From the NCBI GenBank assembly GCA_964357345.1, contig CAYHKS010000002.1, positions 1 to 25,480 on the forward strand: a stretch of DNA of 25,480 nt, written 5' to 3'. Source of the DNA: an uncultured Candidatus Saccharibacteria bacterium. Lineage in GTDB: Bacteria; Patescibacteriota; Minisyncoccia; Phycocordibacterales; Zambryskibacteraceae. A model generated the notes under the pieces. The model searched no databases. It was not told where the DNA came from and saw only the letters and a list, made by a program, of their open reading frames with translations. The translations under genes and the position numbers were made by a program. How positions within the stretch are numbered: position 1 is the first letter of the stretch; the number at the start of each line of letters is the position of its first letter. Below are positions 1 through 8,349 of the stretch, one piece after another.

Positions 1-84
1 AAATATTTCGAAGATCTCCTACGCGCGACTTGTATTTATTATGTTCCTTACTCACTACACATACAATAGTGTTAACACAAAGAG

Positions 85-93
85 TGTGGATAA
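85..93 (-). promoter_or_regulatory. Perfect DnaA-box 9-mer (TTATCCACA on minus strand) in intergenic DNA
   Basis: TGTGGATAA at 85-93 matches consensus TTWTNCACA exactly and lies downstream of the 110..2176 stop. Function is not demonstrated. Confidence 0.4.
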
Positions 94-109
94 CTTTCTA
101 ATAAAATTT

Positions 110-2176
110 TTATACTCCTTCGCTTTCTATTTGTTTGATGTTTGCTTCGATCACATCTTTTTGTTGCGGAACCTTTTTTGCCAAATCTCTTAGGAGAGCA
201 AGTAGAAAAGATTTTTGACCAGTTTGGTATAGGGCCGACAAGGCTCGAGGATCAGAAACTAAAACAGCTGGACTAATTTCTGATAAAAGTTTGACGGTGA
301 GATTCCTGTCTTGGGAGTAAATCGCCCCAACAAGGTAGGCCATCTTGGCGTCTCCATATTCAGGCGCTAAATCGTAAGCTGTTTTGAATTGTAAAAGAGC
401 TTCTGGTAAATTATTGTCAGTTAGAGCCAATTGTCCGAGATTAAAGTAGATCATTTGCTTCTCTGGCATTAGCTCCTTGGCATTGTTGAAGTGCCTTAAG
501 GCCTCATCCTTCCCTCCAACATTAGAGTAGAAGGTCCCGGCGACTAGCTCATAACGGGAGTCTCCAGATAATTCCTGAGTTATTGCTTCCAAACTGTTTT
601 TTGCAAATTCAAAGAAAGCATTCCTTTTGTCCATTGAAATGGTTTCATCAGAAAGAATTGTTGAGGCCGAGGAGGAAACCCATTCAACCACTTCGGGACG
701 GCCCAAGCGGGAGGAAGTATAAGCTTTTTCGAAGTATCCAATTGCCGGAGCCTTACTCCCAGTCGATTGGACTGTCTGAAGAGCCATTATAAGGTTCGTA
801 TTGGCAATCAAAGGTCTCACGTTTACAAAGTAAATAACCACAATCAATATTAGTGCCACTCCAATAGACATGGTGGTCACAATTTTCCCTGAGAAAAGCT
901 TGGGTGAAGTTACCAAATCTTTGACTGTTCTACTATGCATGTACGAGAGCAAAGAAAAGAACAGGACATAACTTATAAGATTATCGAAAACAAATATATT
1001 ATTAAAGAAATATGCAGCAATTAGACCCGTCAAAACCGAACGTTCCGTGTGAGAAAAAGAACTCCCCTTCTTCCAAATAATCCAAAGCAACACCACATAC
1101 AAAGATAGATAGGCTCCTAGACCTAATATTCCTGCAGCGACTGCCCAATCGAGAAAGATGTTGTGAGCACGATCAAACCAAGGTTCCAAGTTGAACATTT
1201 TGGCAGAGTAATGTTCTGCAAAAACATAATTGAAATTGTCCTGTCCCCAACCAAGTAAAGGTCTCTCTCCGATACCTTTCAGGGCCATCGGCCAGATGAA
1301 GGCACGGCCTTCAGTTTTCCACGCGGAGAGCGAAATGGTAGAAAAACGATTTAGAACTTGGCTATCCCTTACAAAGGAGGTATTTCTTACAGCCCAAAAT
1401 CCAACAATAAAAATTACGAGACCAATCAAGAAATAGATACTAACCTTTCTAATCTTTTGATCTTGTTTATTGATTAAACCAAGTAAGGCAACTAATAGAA
1501 AACCACCCATCAAACCAAGAATAGCTCCCCTGGTCGCAGTATAGTAAAGGATAAAAATCTGACCTAAAATAAGTGCCCCATAAGTCCATTTTAAGGACGA
1601 TGCACGACTTTTAACAAAATAGAAAATGGCCACAAAAATGTGTATCAAGAAATATAATGCGAGATATGAGGCGTTACCGATAGTGCCGTCAACTCTCGCT
1701 CCACCTTGGTGTATAGGAAATCTTGGCGAGCCTGATAACTGGAGGAGGCAATAGAAGACCATGATTGCCGAAGCAATGAGGGTTGTATTCCACCACCAAT
1801 TCCACTCTCTTTCCTTGAGAACAGATCCCATGACAACAAAAAGCGCTCCAAGGTGGAGCATTGTTATGAAACCTTCCATGCGTTCGAAATTTGACCAAAA
1901 ACTTTTCATGGGCTCTACACCAAAAAAATCTGCCAGACCTATTATGAGCAGGAAGGCTAGCACGGCATAAAGTATCGGCGAGCGTCTTAGACGAAATTCT
2001 GGGGCTAAGAGCGCCAAAATCACCCAAACAGCAAAAACTATCTCAACTATAAATCTCCAGGCAAAAGCCTTAGTGGTAATAAATGGGAAAAAAAGTGACC
2101 CCGAGACCAAGAACGGAACGAAAGGGATGGCAAACAATCCAATCAGAATTGTAGTCTTTAGTATTTGTTTATTCAT
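110..2176 (-). CDS. O-antigen ligase family (Wzy_C/WaaL-like) multi-pass membrane protein with C-terminal TPR repeats
   Basis: Many hydrophobic segments. Ligase motifs YTATRGAILG, R-x-x-IW-x-x-A-x-x-x-I-x-x-RPLLGWG-x-x-NF and HNIFLD-x6-GILG. TPR-like helices EALRHFNNAKELMPE and EALLQFKTAYDLAPEY. Start placed at MNKQ (ATG 2176) rather than the ORF-track GTG 2233, which lies inside the flippase. Confidence 0.88.
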   Translation of the reverse strand: MNKQILKTTILIGLFAIPFVPFLVSGSLFFPFITTKAFAWRFIVEIVFAVWVILALLAPEFRLRRSPILYAVLAFLLIIGLADFFGVEPMKSFWSNFERMEGFITMLHLGALFVVMGSVLKEREWNWWWNTTLIASAIMVFYCLLQLSGSPRFPIHQGGARVDGTIGNASYLALYFLIHIFVAIFYFVKSRASSLKWTYGALILGQIFILYYTATRGAILGLMGGFLLVALLGLINKQDQKIRKVSIYFLIGLVIFIVGFWAVRNTSFVRDSQVLNRFSTISLSAWKTEGRAFIWPMALKGIGERPLLGWGQDNFNYVFAEHYSAKMFNLEPWFDRAHNIFLDWAVAAGILGLGAYLSLYVVLLWIIWKKGSSFSHTERSVLTGLIAAYFFNNIFVFDNLISYVLFFSLLSYMHSRTVKDLVTSPKLFSGKIVTTMSIGVALILIVVIYFVNVRPLIANTNLIMALQTVQSTGSKAPAIGYFEKAYTSSRLGRPEVVEWVSSSASTILSDETISMDKRNAFFEFAKNSLEAITQELSGDSRYELVAGTFYSNVGGKDEALRHFNNAKELMPEKQMIYFNLGQLALTDNNLPEALLQFKTAYDLAPEYGDAKMAYLVGAIYSQDRNLTVKLLSEISPAVLVSDPRALSALYQTGQKSFLLALLRDLAKKVPQQKDVIEANIKQIESEGV

Positions 2177-2191
2177 AGTTACTTCTGTACC

Positions 2192-3475
2192 ATGATAATA
2201 CATATGCAACAGATGAGAAAGAGGGCCTACCACCTGCTCCGTGGGAGTGAGAACTTCTTCAAAACTGACATGTTATATCTTGCTAAGGGTGGGTCTTGGC
2301 TTGTCTTGGCTCAAGCGGTATCCATGCTCTCTGGTTTTTTCCTTTCCATCGCTTTTGCAAATCTCTTTGCCAAAGAGTCATTTGGTACTTATAAATTTAT
2401 TTTCTCAGTTGTTGGAATATTAGGAGCTTTTTCTCTTACAGGTCTTAGTACCTCCGTTATCCAATCAGTAGCACGTGGATTTCATAGCTCCCTTCAAAGA
2501 GGCTTTCGCATTAATTTGAAGTGGAGTCTGGGAATATTTTTAGCAGGAATTGGGTTAAGTATTTATTATTTTATAAATGACAACGCATTTTTATCATTTT
2601 CTTTTCTTATAGCGGGCGTCTTCTCTCCCGTAATAACAAGTGCTAACTTACACAGCTCATTTTTATTGGGAAAAAAAGACTTTAGAAGGAACTCTCTATT
2701 CGGTATGGTTCGTAATACTCTTCCTGCTATAGCCATGATCCTAGCTCTTTTGCTTGCTCCGAGTCTTCCCATCATCATCTCTGTTTACTTTCTTTCTGCG
2801 ACCCTTGTCTCTTTGTATCTATATCAAAGAACGATAAAAGCTTATCCAAAAATAGATATAGAGGGTGACCCAGAACTGGCTTCATATAGTGGACACTTAA
2901 GTGCCATGGATGTCATAGGTCGAGTTGCTAGCCTCCTAGATAAAATTCTCATCTTTCATTATCTCGGGGCAGCTCCTTTGGCAATTTACGCCTTCGCCAT
3001 CGCTCCTGTTGAACAACTCCAAGGAGGAAAGAAGATAATCAGTAGCATGATTCAACCCAAGCTGCCCGAGCGAACTTTTGAGGAACTGCAGAAGGCTGCT
3101 CCACGCAAGGCAATGATCCTCACCTTTTATGCCTTGGCTCTAGCTGGACTCTACGCACTTCTTGCTCCATACTTTTATAAATTCATTTTTCCTCAGTATT
3201 TGGATTCGGTCTTGTACTCCCAAATTTATTCTCTAACTCTTTTAGCTGTATCTGGAACTATTTTCAATGAAGTTCTTTTAGCCCACAGAAAAAAGAAGGA
3301 GCTCTATGTATTCCGTAGCGTTACTCCCATTGTCCAAATAATTCTTTTTGTTATACTTTTACCTCTATACGGATTAATGGGGCTTGTTATAACACACGTT
3401 ATTATAAGATCCTTCAATGCTCTCCTTGGTTACTATCTCGTCATGCATCCCTTTAAAACAGCTTCCTCAAGTTGA
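2192..3475 (+). CDS. wzx: Wzx/MOP-family oligosaccharide flippase
   Basis: About 420 aa with roughly a dozen hydrophobic segments. Typical MOP flippase motifs (F-G-x-Y-K-F-I-F-S; DKILIFHYLGAAPLAIYAFA). Start is ATG 2192 or 2204. Confidence 0.85.
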   Translation: MIIHMQQMRKRAYHLLRGSENFFKTDMLYLAKGGSWLVLAQAVSMLSGFFLSIAFANLFAKESFGTYKFIFSVVGILGAFSLTGLSTSVIQSVARGFHSSLQRGFRINLKWSLGIFLAGIGLSIYYFINDNAFLSFSFLIAGVFSPVITSANLHSSFLLGKKDFRRNSLFGMVRNTLPAIAMILALLLAPSLPIIISVYFLSATLVSLYLYQRTIKAYPKIDIEGDPELASYSGHLSAMDVIGRVASLLDKILIFHYLGAAPLAIYAFAIAPVEQLQGGKKIISSMIQPKLPERTFEELQKAAPRKAMILTFYALALAGLYALLAPYFYKFIFPQYLDSVLYSQIYSLTLLAVSGTIFNEVLLAHRKKKELYVFRSVTPIVQIILFVILLPLYGLMGLVITHVIIRSFNALLGYYLVMHPFKTASSS

Positions 3476-5157
3476 TCAACAACCCACTTGCTCCCATTTT
3501 TGTGTGGGTCACCAAAGTATTTTTTTTGAAGATTAATTAGGTCATTCAAAGACACTCTTCGCGCATTTTTGATCTTTTCAATAAGTCCGTCTGTGTCGTG
3601 AGCAAAGAACTGGCTCCCCTTCAGATTATAGTAGTCGCCCCATTTTTTTGTTTCAAAAAAAATCGGTACTCGACATTGAAATAAGGCTTCGAGAACCGCA
3701 GTACTCATTGTCCCGACTGTTACCTCATTTTGATTTATCGCCTGCTGAAGACCACTCCCCCCCTCCAAAATTGTCAGTTTAGGATGTTTGAGAATATCAG
3801 GTCGATGCTCATCCAACCAATTTCTGAAACCGTCTCTATATGGGCGAAAGACTATAGTGGTATCGATTTCCACTTCATTAAGTAGTGCCTCTAAATAAGT
3901 TATTACCTCTTCTGGAACAGCTATCTGTTCGGATATAAAAAGAACTTTGATTGGACCATCGATTGACGGGGATTTAGAGTCTTTTGTGAGTCTACCGAGT
4001 GGCCTCATCGGTCCAGAAACGAAAAGTTGTTCTGAACGATAAGCGTTGCTGTGTTGTAGATAATACTCTCTCCACCATTCACTCCATAAACCGTATCTAT
4101 CAACTGAGAGCTGTTTTTCTCCTCTAAAACCTGTCATGAAGTCGTACATCGTATAATAACGAGAATGAACTCCATGCATAATGCCAACAGTTTCAATAGA
4201 TTTCGTCTTACATCCCAGGAAAGTGTTCATATTGCGCTCCCCAGCTGCCGAAAAGAAGGCTGCTCTTACTTTTATAAGTGTTAATATCTTCCCTATAATT
4301 TTTATAGACCAAATATCACCACAAGCTGTCAGAAGATAATGCGTTGATATTCTAAACTTAAATTGCTCCCATGGTGGCTGATAACTACCAACAAAAGATA
4401 GGAATTGTTTTTTGGTTCGATTACTTTCTCCAGTTATAAAACTAAGTATCAATCCCAGATAGGATACTGGCTCCGAATAAATCACTGGGCGCATCCGTAG
4501 AAAAGCATTTTTCAATACTTTTTTCCATGACTCGAGACTTCGAACAAACTCCACAAAATCTAAGTTTTTGGAACGTAGTCCTTCATATACAAATTTCATT
4601 CTGAAATCATAATCCCGCCCTTTCTCAAGTTTATCGCCGATGAAAACCAAAATGAATGATTTTTTGACTATGAGAACTGGTAGCGATAGTAGGGTAAGCA
4701 ACATCTGAACGAAAATACCAAGAGGAAGTGATGGAAAATTAATTAACTTTGCTTTTCCTATAATCTTAATTTGACAACCACATGATTGAAGAAAATAAAT
4801 AAAAAGACTTTTGTATGGAGGATTATAAAGTGTTATTTTACTGTAAGTCGCCAGATGCTCGAGAAGTTTTCTATATTGTGTGTAAGGCAAACAGAAGTAT
4901 AAAAAAATACTGTTTTCATGCATCCACCACAATTCGTAGCCCTTATAAGTAAAATACTTCGTAATATGTTTTCCATCCGGCATCTTGAGACGGGAAAGTT
5001 CTTCAACCATGGCAGTTGCCTCATAAATACTTCCTGGTTCAACAAACTTTCTGAGTTCTTCTCCCGATAACACCACGTCATACTTACTGGAGTATAAGTG
5101 AGGTGATTCTTCCCCAAATATAACTAGGGCGCTCCCCTTTTTATCTTTTAAATCCAT
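3433..5157 (-). CDS. Uncharacterised glycan-locus protein; C-terminal half resembles GT-B sialyl/Kdo/glycerophospho-transferase-like folds
   Basis: 574 aa, no obvious TM run or signal peptide. Motif series GIMHG / YGLWSEWW / VSGPMR / VLFISEQ / VFRPY / STAVLEAL-x-x-x-VP resembles capsule-type GT-B transferases. The fold assignment is inference. Confidence 0.45.
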   Translation of the reverse strand: MDLKDKKGSALVIFGEESPHLYSSKYDVVLSGEELRKFVEPGSIYEATAMVEELSRLKMPDGKHITKYFTYKGYELWWMHENSIFLYFCLPYTQYRKLLEHLATYSKITLYNPPYKSLFIYFLQSCGCQIKIIGKAKLINFPSLPLGIFVQMLLTLLSLPVLIVKKSFILVFIGDKLEKGRDYDFRMKFVYEGLRSKNLDFVEFVRSLESWKKVLKNAFLRMRPVIYSEPVSYLGLILSFITGESNRTKKQFLSFVGSYQPPWEQFKFRISTHYLLTACGDIWSIKIIGKILTLIKVRAAFFSAAGERNMNTFLGCKTKSIETVGIMHGVHSRYYTMYDFMTGFRGEKQLSVDRYGLWSEWWREYYLQHSNAYRSEQLFVSGPMRPLGRLTKDSKSPSIDGPIKVLFISEQIAVPEEVITYLEALLNEVEIDTTIVFRPYRDGFRNWLDEHRPDILKHPKLTILEGGSGLQQAINQNEVTVGTMSTAVLEALFQCRVPIFFETKKWGDYYNLKGSQFFAHDTDGLIEKIKNARRVSLNDLINLQKKYFGDPHKNGSKWVVDQLEEAVLKGCMTR

Positions 5158-6064
5158 TGAGGATATCTATTAGATGTTTGACCGAGTTGGCGTGCACCTT
5201 CTCCCACGCTAAAAGACTTGAGTTGGAATTATGGGGAGACAGAATAACATTCGACATTTCCTTAAGTTGACTGTCATCAGGAAGCGGCTCATTTTCAAAA
5301 ACATCGAGACCTGCCCCGGCAATCTTTCTATTTTTTAACGCATCAATGAGAGCCTCCTCATCTACAATCGGTCCTCGGGCAGTATTTATAAGATAAGCCG
5401 TTGGTTTCATCTTTGAAAGAGTCTCTTTATTTATTAAGTGATAACTCGTATCATTTAAATCACAGTTTACACTTACAAAGTCAGACTCTATTAAGAGCTT
5501 TTCGAGTGAAACCATAAAATCCAAAGGAATTTCTTTAATGTCATTACCAAGCACCCTCATACCAAAAGCTTCTGCTCTTTTAGCCACTGCTCTACCAATA
5601 TTGCCCATACCGATAATTCCTAAAGTACATTCGTTCAAAGCAAGATTAAGTTTCTTCTCCCAGATACCTTTTTTCATCTTTTCGCTCAAATCAATCGTCC
5701 CTCTAGCAAAAGCTAGGATGTGACTCAGGACCGTATCTGCCACCGGTTCAGTAAAAGCGTTTGAAGTATTTTTTACTGGGATGCCTCGTCTACCAGCGGC
5801 TTCTTTATCTATAGAATCTATGCCCGTTCCCCATTTTACAATCACCTTAAGATTAGGAGCGTTCTCTAAAACTTTCTCTGTAATTTTGTCATCTCCACAA
5901 AGAATCGCATCGATATCGGTAACCAGAGGTAAGAGCTCTTCTTCTGACATTCTTTCATTAACTATGGGCACAATAACCTCAATGTCATGCTCTTTAAAAA
6001 ATGGCCTGTGACGCTCAACCACTGGCTGAAAATATGGAGCAGTAATTAGAACTTTGAAAATCAC
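5141..6064 (-). CDS. D-isomer-specific 2-hydroxyacid dehydrogenase (SerA/GhrB-like, NAD-dependent, no ACT domain)
   Basis: G-x-G-x-D (WGTGID), Rossmann GIIGMGNIG with acidic GND, and catalytic Arg/Glu/His in INTARG, LDVFENEP and SPHN. Start probably GTG 6064 (MIFKVLITAP); the track uses TTG 6085. Confidence 0.92.
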   Translation of the reverse strand: MIFKVLITAPYFQPVVERHRPFFKEHDIEVIVPIVNERMSEEELLPLVTDIDAILCGDDKITEKVLENAPNLKVIVKWGTGIDSIDKEAAGRRGIPVKNTSNAFTEPVADTVLSHILAFARGTIDLSEKMKKGIWEKKLNLALNECTLGIIGMGNIGRAVAKRAEAFGMRVLGNDIKEIPLDFMVSLEKLLIESDFVSVNCDLNDTSYHLINKETLSKMKPTAYLINTARGPIVDEEALIDALKNRKIAGAGLDVFENEPLPDDSQLKEMSNVILSPHNSNSSLLAWEKVHANSVKHLIDILNGFKR

Positions 6065-6099
6065 AATAAGCTTATACTGCCACAAAATGCTCGATTTGC

Positions 6100-6134
6100 A
6101 AAAAAACCACGCTCCGACTTAAGCTGGAGCGTGG
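6100..6134 (-). terminator. Intrinsic (Rho-independent) terminator after the radical SAM gene
   Basis: Perfect 9-bp GC-rich stem CCACGCTCC (6107-6115) / GGAGCGTGG (6126-6134) with a 10-nt loop, followed on the minus strand by T7 (6106-6100). It begins 6 nt after the 6141 stop. Confidence 0.85.
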
Positions 6135-6140
6135 GGTGTT

Positions 6141-7628
6141 TTAGAAACTGATCTTCGGTTCAGCGAAGAATGTATCCCGGTACTCCCGCTGAAGAATTTG
6201 TAGAAGTTCTCCAGCTTCTGGGGTATCCCTAGTCGCTAGGTCGATCTCCGACCATCTCGATATAGGGAACTTTACCTTGAGAGCGAAACCGAGACGAGCC
6301 TGACGAATTTCTTCCCTTGAGAACTGGGACATGGTCAGGACCGAATCCTCGGCATTGCCCGGAGCGATGAGATCCGGAGCTATGAACCCAGCCTCGACCG
6401 CCTCATCACGGGCTGGGGTGCCGTAATACGGGGCAAAGGTAAAGCAGTTGGTAGTGTCAACGTTTGGAAACTGCCGATTGAGCTCGATTGTTGCCAGAAA
6501 GATTTCCGGTGTCTCATGTGGATAACCTACAATATTGTTCGTATTATAGGTTATACCCATGGCCGCCGTAATCTCGAGAGCTTTTATCGCTTGTTCGTTT
6601 GTGAACTCTTTCTGGACAACCCTTCGGCGGAATTCCTCATCGCCATTTTCGATCCCAAATGCGACACGGTGAAGACCAACCTCTTTGAGTTTTTGGAGAC
6701 GCCAGTCCGTGATCGTCTCCACTCGAGTCTGGACCCAGAAGGGCAGCCCGACGTCTTGATAGATCTCGCAGAATTGGTCAAGCTCTGACCGTGACATCAT
6801 GAGAAAGGTGTCCGCCCAAAAGAACATGTACTCCACCTTATACACATCCTTGTAGTGCAGGATCTCTTCTCGAATGTTGACCATTGACTTCTTGCGAGAC
6901 CCGGTATTCCGAGAATTGCAGAAAGCACAATGGTAAACACATCCTCTGATCGTCTCTACTGGCGCCATCCGATAAAGTTTACCTGCCATCGGACGAACCA
7001 GTCTTTCGGAGTCGAACAGTCCAAGATCGAAGTCGGTCGGATTTTCGTTTAAGTCGGCGAGCGGGGCTACGCCGCCTTCTTTGATGACCCCGTCCTTGTC
7101 TCTGGACCAAATCCCCCGGATGCCGTCATAAGACTCTCCTCTTTCCATCTTTTGACAAAGTTCGAGCAGGGCAACCTCCCCCTCCCCCTTACAAACCAAG
7201 TCAATCTCGGGAAAGTCTAGAGCTCTCCTAGGAGCGAATGTTGCAAATGACCCGCCTAGGATCACTGGCATATCGCGAGGACTGCGATGTTTAATCCGCT
7301 GAATTACCTCAACTCCCAGAAGAAAGGTGCTCTCCGTGCAGGACAAACCAATAAGGTTTGGGCCGAAGGAATTCACTTTCTCGTTGAGATCTGCCCAGAC
7401 ATCACGATCTGTTTTCTGAAGTGTCCGGTGAGGTGACGGACGAACACCTAGTGTTGCCTCAGTCAACCTTTCGTAGTCCTTGGCCAGATCAAGGCCGTAA
7501 TCGGTGGTATCGAACACCTCCACCTGCATTCCATGATTCTTGAGGATCCGAGATAGCAAAGCTATCCCTGGGGGCACCAGTGTCTCACTACGAAAATTCG
7601 GATAGATGAAAAGAACTCGAAAGCTCAT
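6141..7628 (-). CDS. Cobalamin-binding radical SAM protein (class B methyltransferase-like)
   Basis: N-terminal B12-binding domain (VLFIYPN...PPGIALL...VILGGSFATF...VCKGEGE), CxxxCxxC motif RGCVYHCAFC, then GIENG and IVGYPHET. Start at ATG 7628 is supported by an SD. Confidence 0.92.
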   Translation of the reverse strand: MSFRVLFIYPNFRSETLVPPGIALLSRILKNHGMQVEVFDTTDYGLDLAKDYERLTEATLGVRPSPHRTLQKTDRDVWADLNEKVNSFGPNLIGLSCTESTFLLGVEVIQRIKHRSPRDMPVILGGSFATFAPRRALDFPEIDLVCKGEGEVALLELCQKMERGESYDGIRGIWSRDKDGVIKEGGVAPLADLNENPTDFDLGLFDSERLVRPMAGKLYRMAPVETIRGCVYHCAFCNSRNTGSRKKSMVNIREEILHYKDVYKVEYMFFWADTFLMMSRSELDQFCEIYQDVGLPFWVQTRVETITDWRLQKLKEVGLHRVAFGIENGDEEFRRRVVQKEFTNEQAIKALEITAAMGITYNTNNIVGYPHETPEIFLATIELNRQFPNVDTTNCFTFAPYYGTPARDEAVEAGFIAPDLIAPGNAEDSVLTMSQFSREEIRQARLGFALKVKFPISRWSEIDLATRDTPEAGELLQILQREYRDTFFAEPKISF

Positions 7629-7630
7629 AA

Positions 7631-7639
7631 CCACCTCTT
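7631..7639 (-). promoter_or_regulatory. Shine-Dalgarno site of the radical SAM gene
   Basis: Minus strand reads AAGAGGTGGTT-ATG. GAGGTG is complementary to the canonical anti-SD, and GAGG is 5 nt from the ATG. Confidence 0.7.
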
Positions 7640-7716
7640 GTCTAAGTAGTTTGTAGAACTTCAATCCGGCCCCACTTTATCATATACATAGATATATACA
7701 AAGAACCTTTTACGCC

Positions 7717-8349
7717 TTAGCTAAGATGAATTAGAATAGCCCGCGTTGGAGCGGCTTCGGAGCCAGCAATTTTCACAGGAAGACAGATAAGTTCATAAAC
7801 TCCAGATTTTACTCCAGTTAGATTTAAACTCTCTATAATACAAATACCCTTACCCAAAAGAATTTGGTGCACCTTAGCAGCTTCGTCAAATTTAGCAATC
7901 GAAAGATAATCCATTCCCACTAATTTTATCCCCTTCTTGGCAATCCACGATGCCCCGCTTTCGGTCAAACCAACATAATTTTTTTTAAATCTTTTTGTCT
8001 TCCCCCAAAGTGGAGAGTTGGATGTCCTGAATAAAATTCTCTTTACACCCTTCGGTATCGACAACTTTTCCAAATCTTTAACACCAATTTCCTTCACTTT
8101 TGGTAAGTATGCGACAAATACTGGGCCCATAAAAATATCTAGTGGTAACTTATCAATAGATTTACCTTTAGCTATAAAATGAAGCGGGGCGTCAATGTGA
8201 GTACCGATGTGAGCATTCATTTCTATATGCGTTTCATTCACCAAATTTTTCGAACCAATTTTCGATATACGCTTTATACAAAGCCCCGTGGAATTTGGCC
8301 ACAATGGTAAATTATTGCTAACTGGAACAGATATATCGATTATCTTCAT
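7717..8349 (-). CDS. Cyclase-family metal-dependent hydrolase (kynurenine formamidase/isatin hydrolase-like)
   Basis: Signature H-x-G-T-H-x-D-A-P-x-H (HIGTHIDAPLHF), plus VGMDYLSI, IIESLNL and LPVKI-x-G-x-E-A-A-P-x-RA. ATGA overlap with the upstream gene. Confidence 0.92.
   Translation of the reverse strand: MKIIDISVPVSNNLPLWPNSTGLCIKRISKIGSKNLVNETHIEMNAHIGTHIDAPLHFIAKGKSIDKLPLDIFMGPVFVAYLPKVKEIGVKDLEKLSIPKGVKRILFRTSNSPLWGKTKRFKKNYVGLTESGASWIAKKGIKLVGMDYLSIAKFDEAAKVHQILLGKGICIIESLNLTGVKSGVYELICLPVKIAGSEAAPTRAILIHLS

Noticed and set aside
3757-3763. C7 tract (G7 on the coding strand) as a phase-variation switch; similar C7 at 20139-20145 and A9 at 23050-23058
   Set aside because: The tracts are short, in frame and encode ordinary Gly/Gly or Phe/Phe codons. 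A few such runs are expected by chance in 25 kb. Read-level length variation would be needed.
6517-6525. Second perfect DnaA box TGTGGATAA
   Set aside because: It lies inside the radical SAM gene and is explained by the codons of the conserved GYPH motif.
7629-7716. Cobalamin riboswitch upstream of the B12 radical SAM gene
   Set aside because: The gap is only 88 bp and has no recognisable B12-box or stem pattern.
6086-7716. Integron cassette or IS origin for the GC-rich radical SAM gene
   Set aside because: No attC-like GTTRRRY/RYYYAAC flanked palindrome, terminal inverted repeats or target-site duplication could be identified. The only hairpin is a typical terminator.
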